Below, piece after piece: positions 62,316 through 64,000 of a DNA stretch of 64,000 bases. A program made the translations under genes and the position numbers. The stretch is from Callorhinchus milii. Lineage: Eukaryota. Below the pieces are notes generated by a model. It worked only from the letters and a program-made list of their open reading frames with translations, did not search any database and was not told the DNA's origin. Numbering within the stretch: position 1 is the first letter of the stretch; every line of letters begins with the position of its first letter. The stretch covers positions 70,744,001 to 70,808,000 of the forward strand of contig NW_024704742.1 in NCBI RefSeq assembly GCF_018977255.1, written 5' to 3'.

Positions 62316-64000
62316 TGTTTGAAAGCACTTCACAGGATGTACTGTAAAATTAATTGACTATATTTTATGAACCAAATACAGCAGCCAATTGTGAAAAGTG
62401 ACCAAATTATTATTTATTTTAACTTACACATGACAGCATCTGCAACAAGCCAGTGCTCCCCCCAGCACTGCACTAGAGCATTAACCTAGAGTCCTGATGT
62501 GAGGGCTTGAACCCACAACCTTCTGACTCAGAGGCGAGAGGGTTACAGACTGAACCAGGCTGGCACGCAATTGCTGAGCACCTTTCTCTTTACACGGACA
62601 TGCTTACCTACCTGGAGCCAGGGCCCAACTCCAACAGATGGGATGAAAAACTGCCCTACGTCTCTGAAGTGGTGGGAGGCAATGAGTAAAAACTCTGCCC
62701 TTTCATTTCTGCCAAATGGGATGGAACTTAGCTCAGAAACATCCGCTGGGTGTTGTTGTGTTTGGCCACCTGCCCTGATTCCTTTCAAGATTCCTCCCAG
62801 TAATATTATAATAATAATCCTTGCATTTGGTGTAGCGCCTTATCATGTCATCAAGGCATCTCAAAGCACGTCATAGGATATATTGTAAAGTGTAGTGACT
62901 GTGTATTTTGTGGGTGAAACGCAGCAGCCAGTTGCACACAACAGTGTCCCACAAACAGCCTTGAAGTGAGTGATTAATTGTATTTGGGGGATTGTTGGCC
63001 AGGACGCCAGGAGAGAGAAACTTCCTTCTCTTTTTGAATTGTTCTGTTGACGTAATCAAAGAGGAAGGTCTTGGGATAATAGTAAAAATTATTATTTTTA
63101 TTATAATGGAAGTTTGTTCCAGCAAAACTCCATGGCTGTCAATGTCTTGAGTTGTAAGTGTCCTGAGTTTAATATCCCGCTGTTATTTCTCACTGAGCTG
63201 GCAGCACAGCAATCTATTTCTGGCTTAGTGGAGCTCCATTTTTAGAAGAAGACAACAGAGAGGAGTGGGGGTTGGGGGGGTTGCGGCGAGGTGAGGAGCT
63301 GGCGGCAGCGACTGACAATCCCTAGAACACAAGCGGAGATTGTTGTGGTGTTAACAGATGGTTGGGTGCTGGGGAGCTCTCTCAAGCTGCTTTGAAGACT
63401 ACCTGGTGGCTGTATGAGGGTGTGTTATTTCATCTCTATCTGGTCCAGTAAACTGCTTTGTCTGGTAGGGAATAATAATAATAATCCTTACGGTTGATAT
63501 AACGCCTTATCACGACATTGAGACGCCTCAAAGCGCTTCACAGGATAAACTGTAAAGTGAAATGTGGCAGCCAGTATAAATTATCCCACAAACAGCCATG
63601 GAGTGACTGACTCTATTTGGGGGATTGTTGGTCAGGACACATGGAGCGAGAAATTCATTTTGAGTAGCCCCATGGGATCTTGAACACCTGAACAGACGCA
63701 AACGGGACCTTGGTTTAACGTTTCATTCTATGGATAATGCCTCCAACAATGTAGGCCATTAACAACAGCAACAACAAAAACAACATCAATTTGCATTTAC
63801 ATTACATGGTACCTTTCAAGCAGAGCAGCGTCCCAGAGCACTTAAAGCTCATCACGTCTGTGAAAGAGGAATCCATTCAGTCCAATTTGCCTGCAATGCC
63901 TGGTCGAGTGGAATCCCGTATTGTATTGGGTAAGACAAGATTTAAGTCCTGTGGAGTCCTGTAGTTTAGTGGTTAGAGCATTTTCCTTGCAAGTAGAGGA

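Larger units (their letters stand above)
49149..64000 (+). repeat. Large direct duplication, copy 2 (runs off the window end)
   Basis: Matches 27591-41630 apart from scattered SNPs/indels and an insertion plus gap at 61543-62315. Confidence 0.97.

Overview
Repeat-dense vertebrate genomic DNA. The mix of tRNA-derived SINEs, Deu-type SINEs, L2/CR1 LINEs and Penelope-type remnants suggests a cartilaginous fish, possibly a holocephalan (inference). Two protein-coding genes are readable, both on the minus strand. The first is a multi-exon RNF145-family membrane RING-H2 E3 ligase: 9 coding exons at 17246-26005, all GT-AG and phase-consistent, but the first coding exon was not found. It looks more like the non-mammalian 'RNF145-like' paralogue than RNF145 itself. 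The second is an intronless GPR151-family orphan GPCR present twice: intact at 54995-56185 and with a 1-bp frameshift at 33402-34591. The two copies lie in a near-identical ~21.6-kb-offset direct duplication (27591-41630 vs 49149-64000+). Its abrupt junction, allele-level divergence, error-like indels and an N-gap make a haplotype/assembly duplication at least as likely as a real one. The rest is nested transposons: a Tc1/pogo-like MITE containing an L2 that contains a CR1, a hAT MITE containing a Penelope-type fragment, a non-autonomous Helitron, and degenerate hammerhead-like cores. Most long ORFs in the supplied track are simple-repeat or SINE artefacts. I found no convincing wholly new biological system. 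The best leads are the RNF145-like/GPR151-like paralogue pair, the Trp-to-Arg TM6 change in the GPCR, and several well-delimited TE families.
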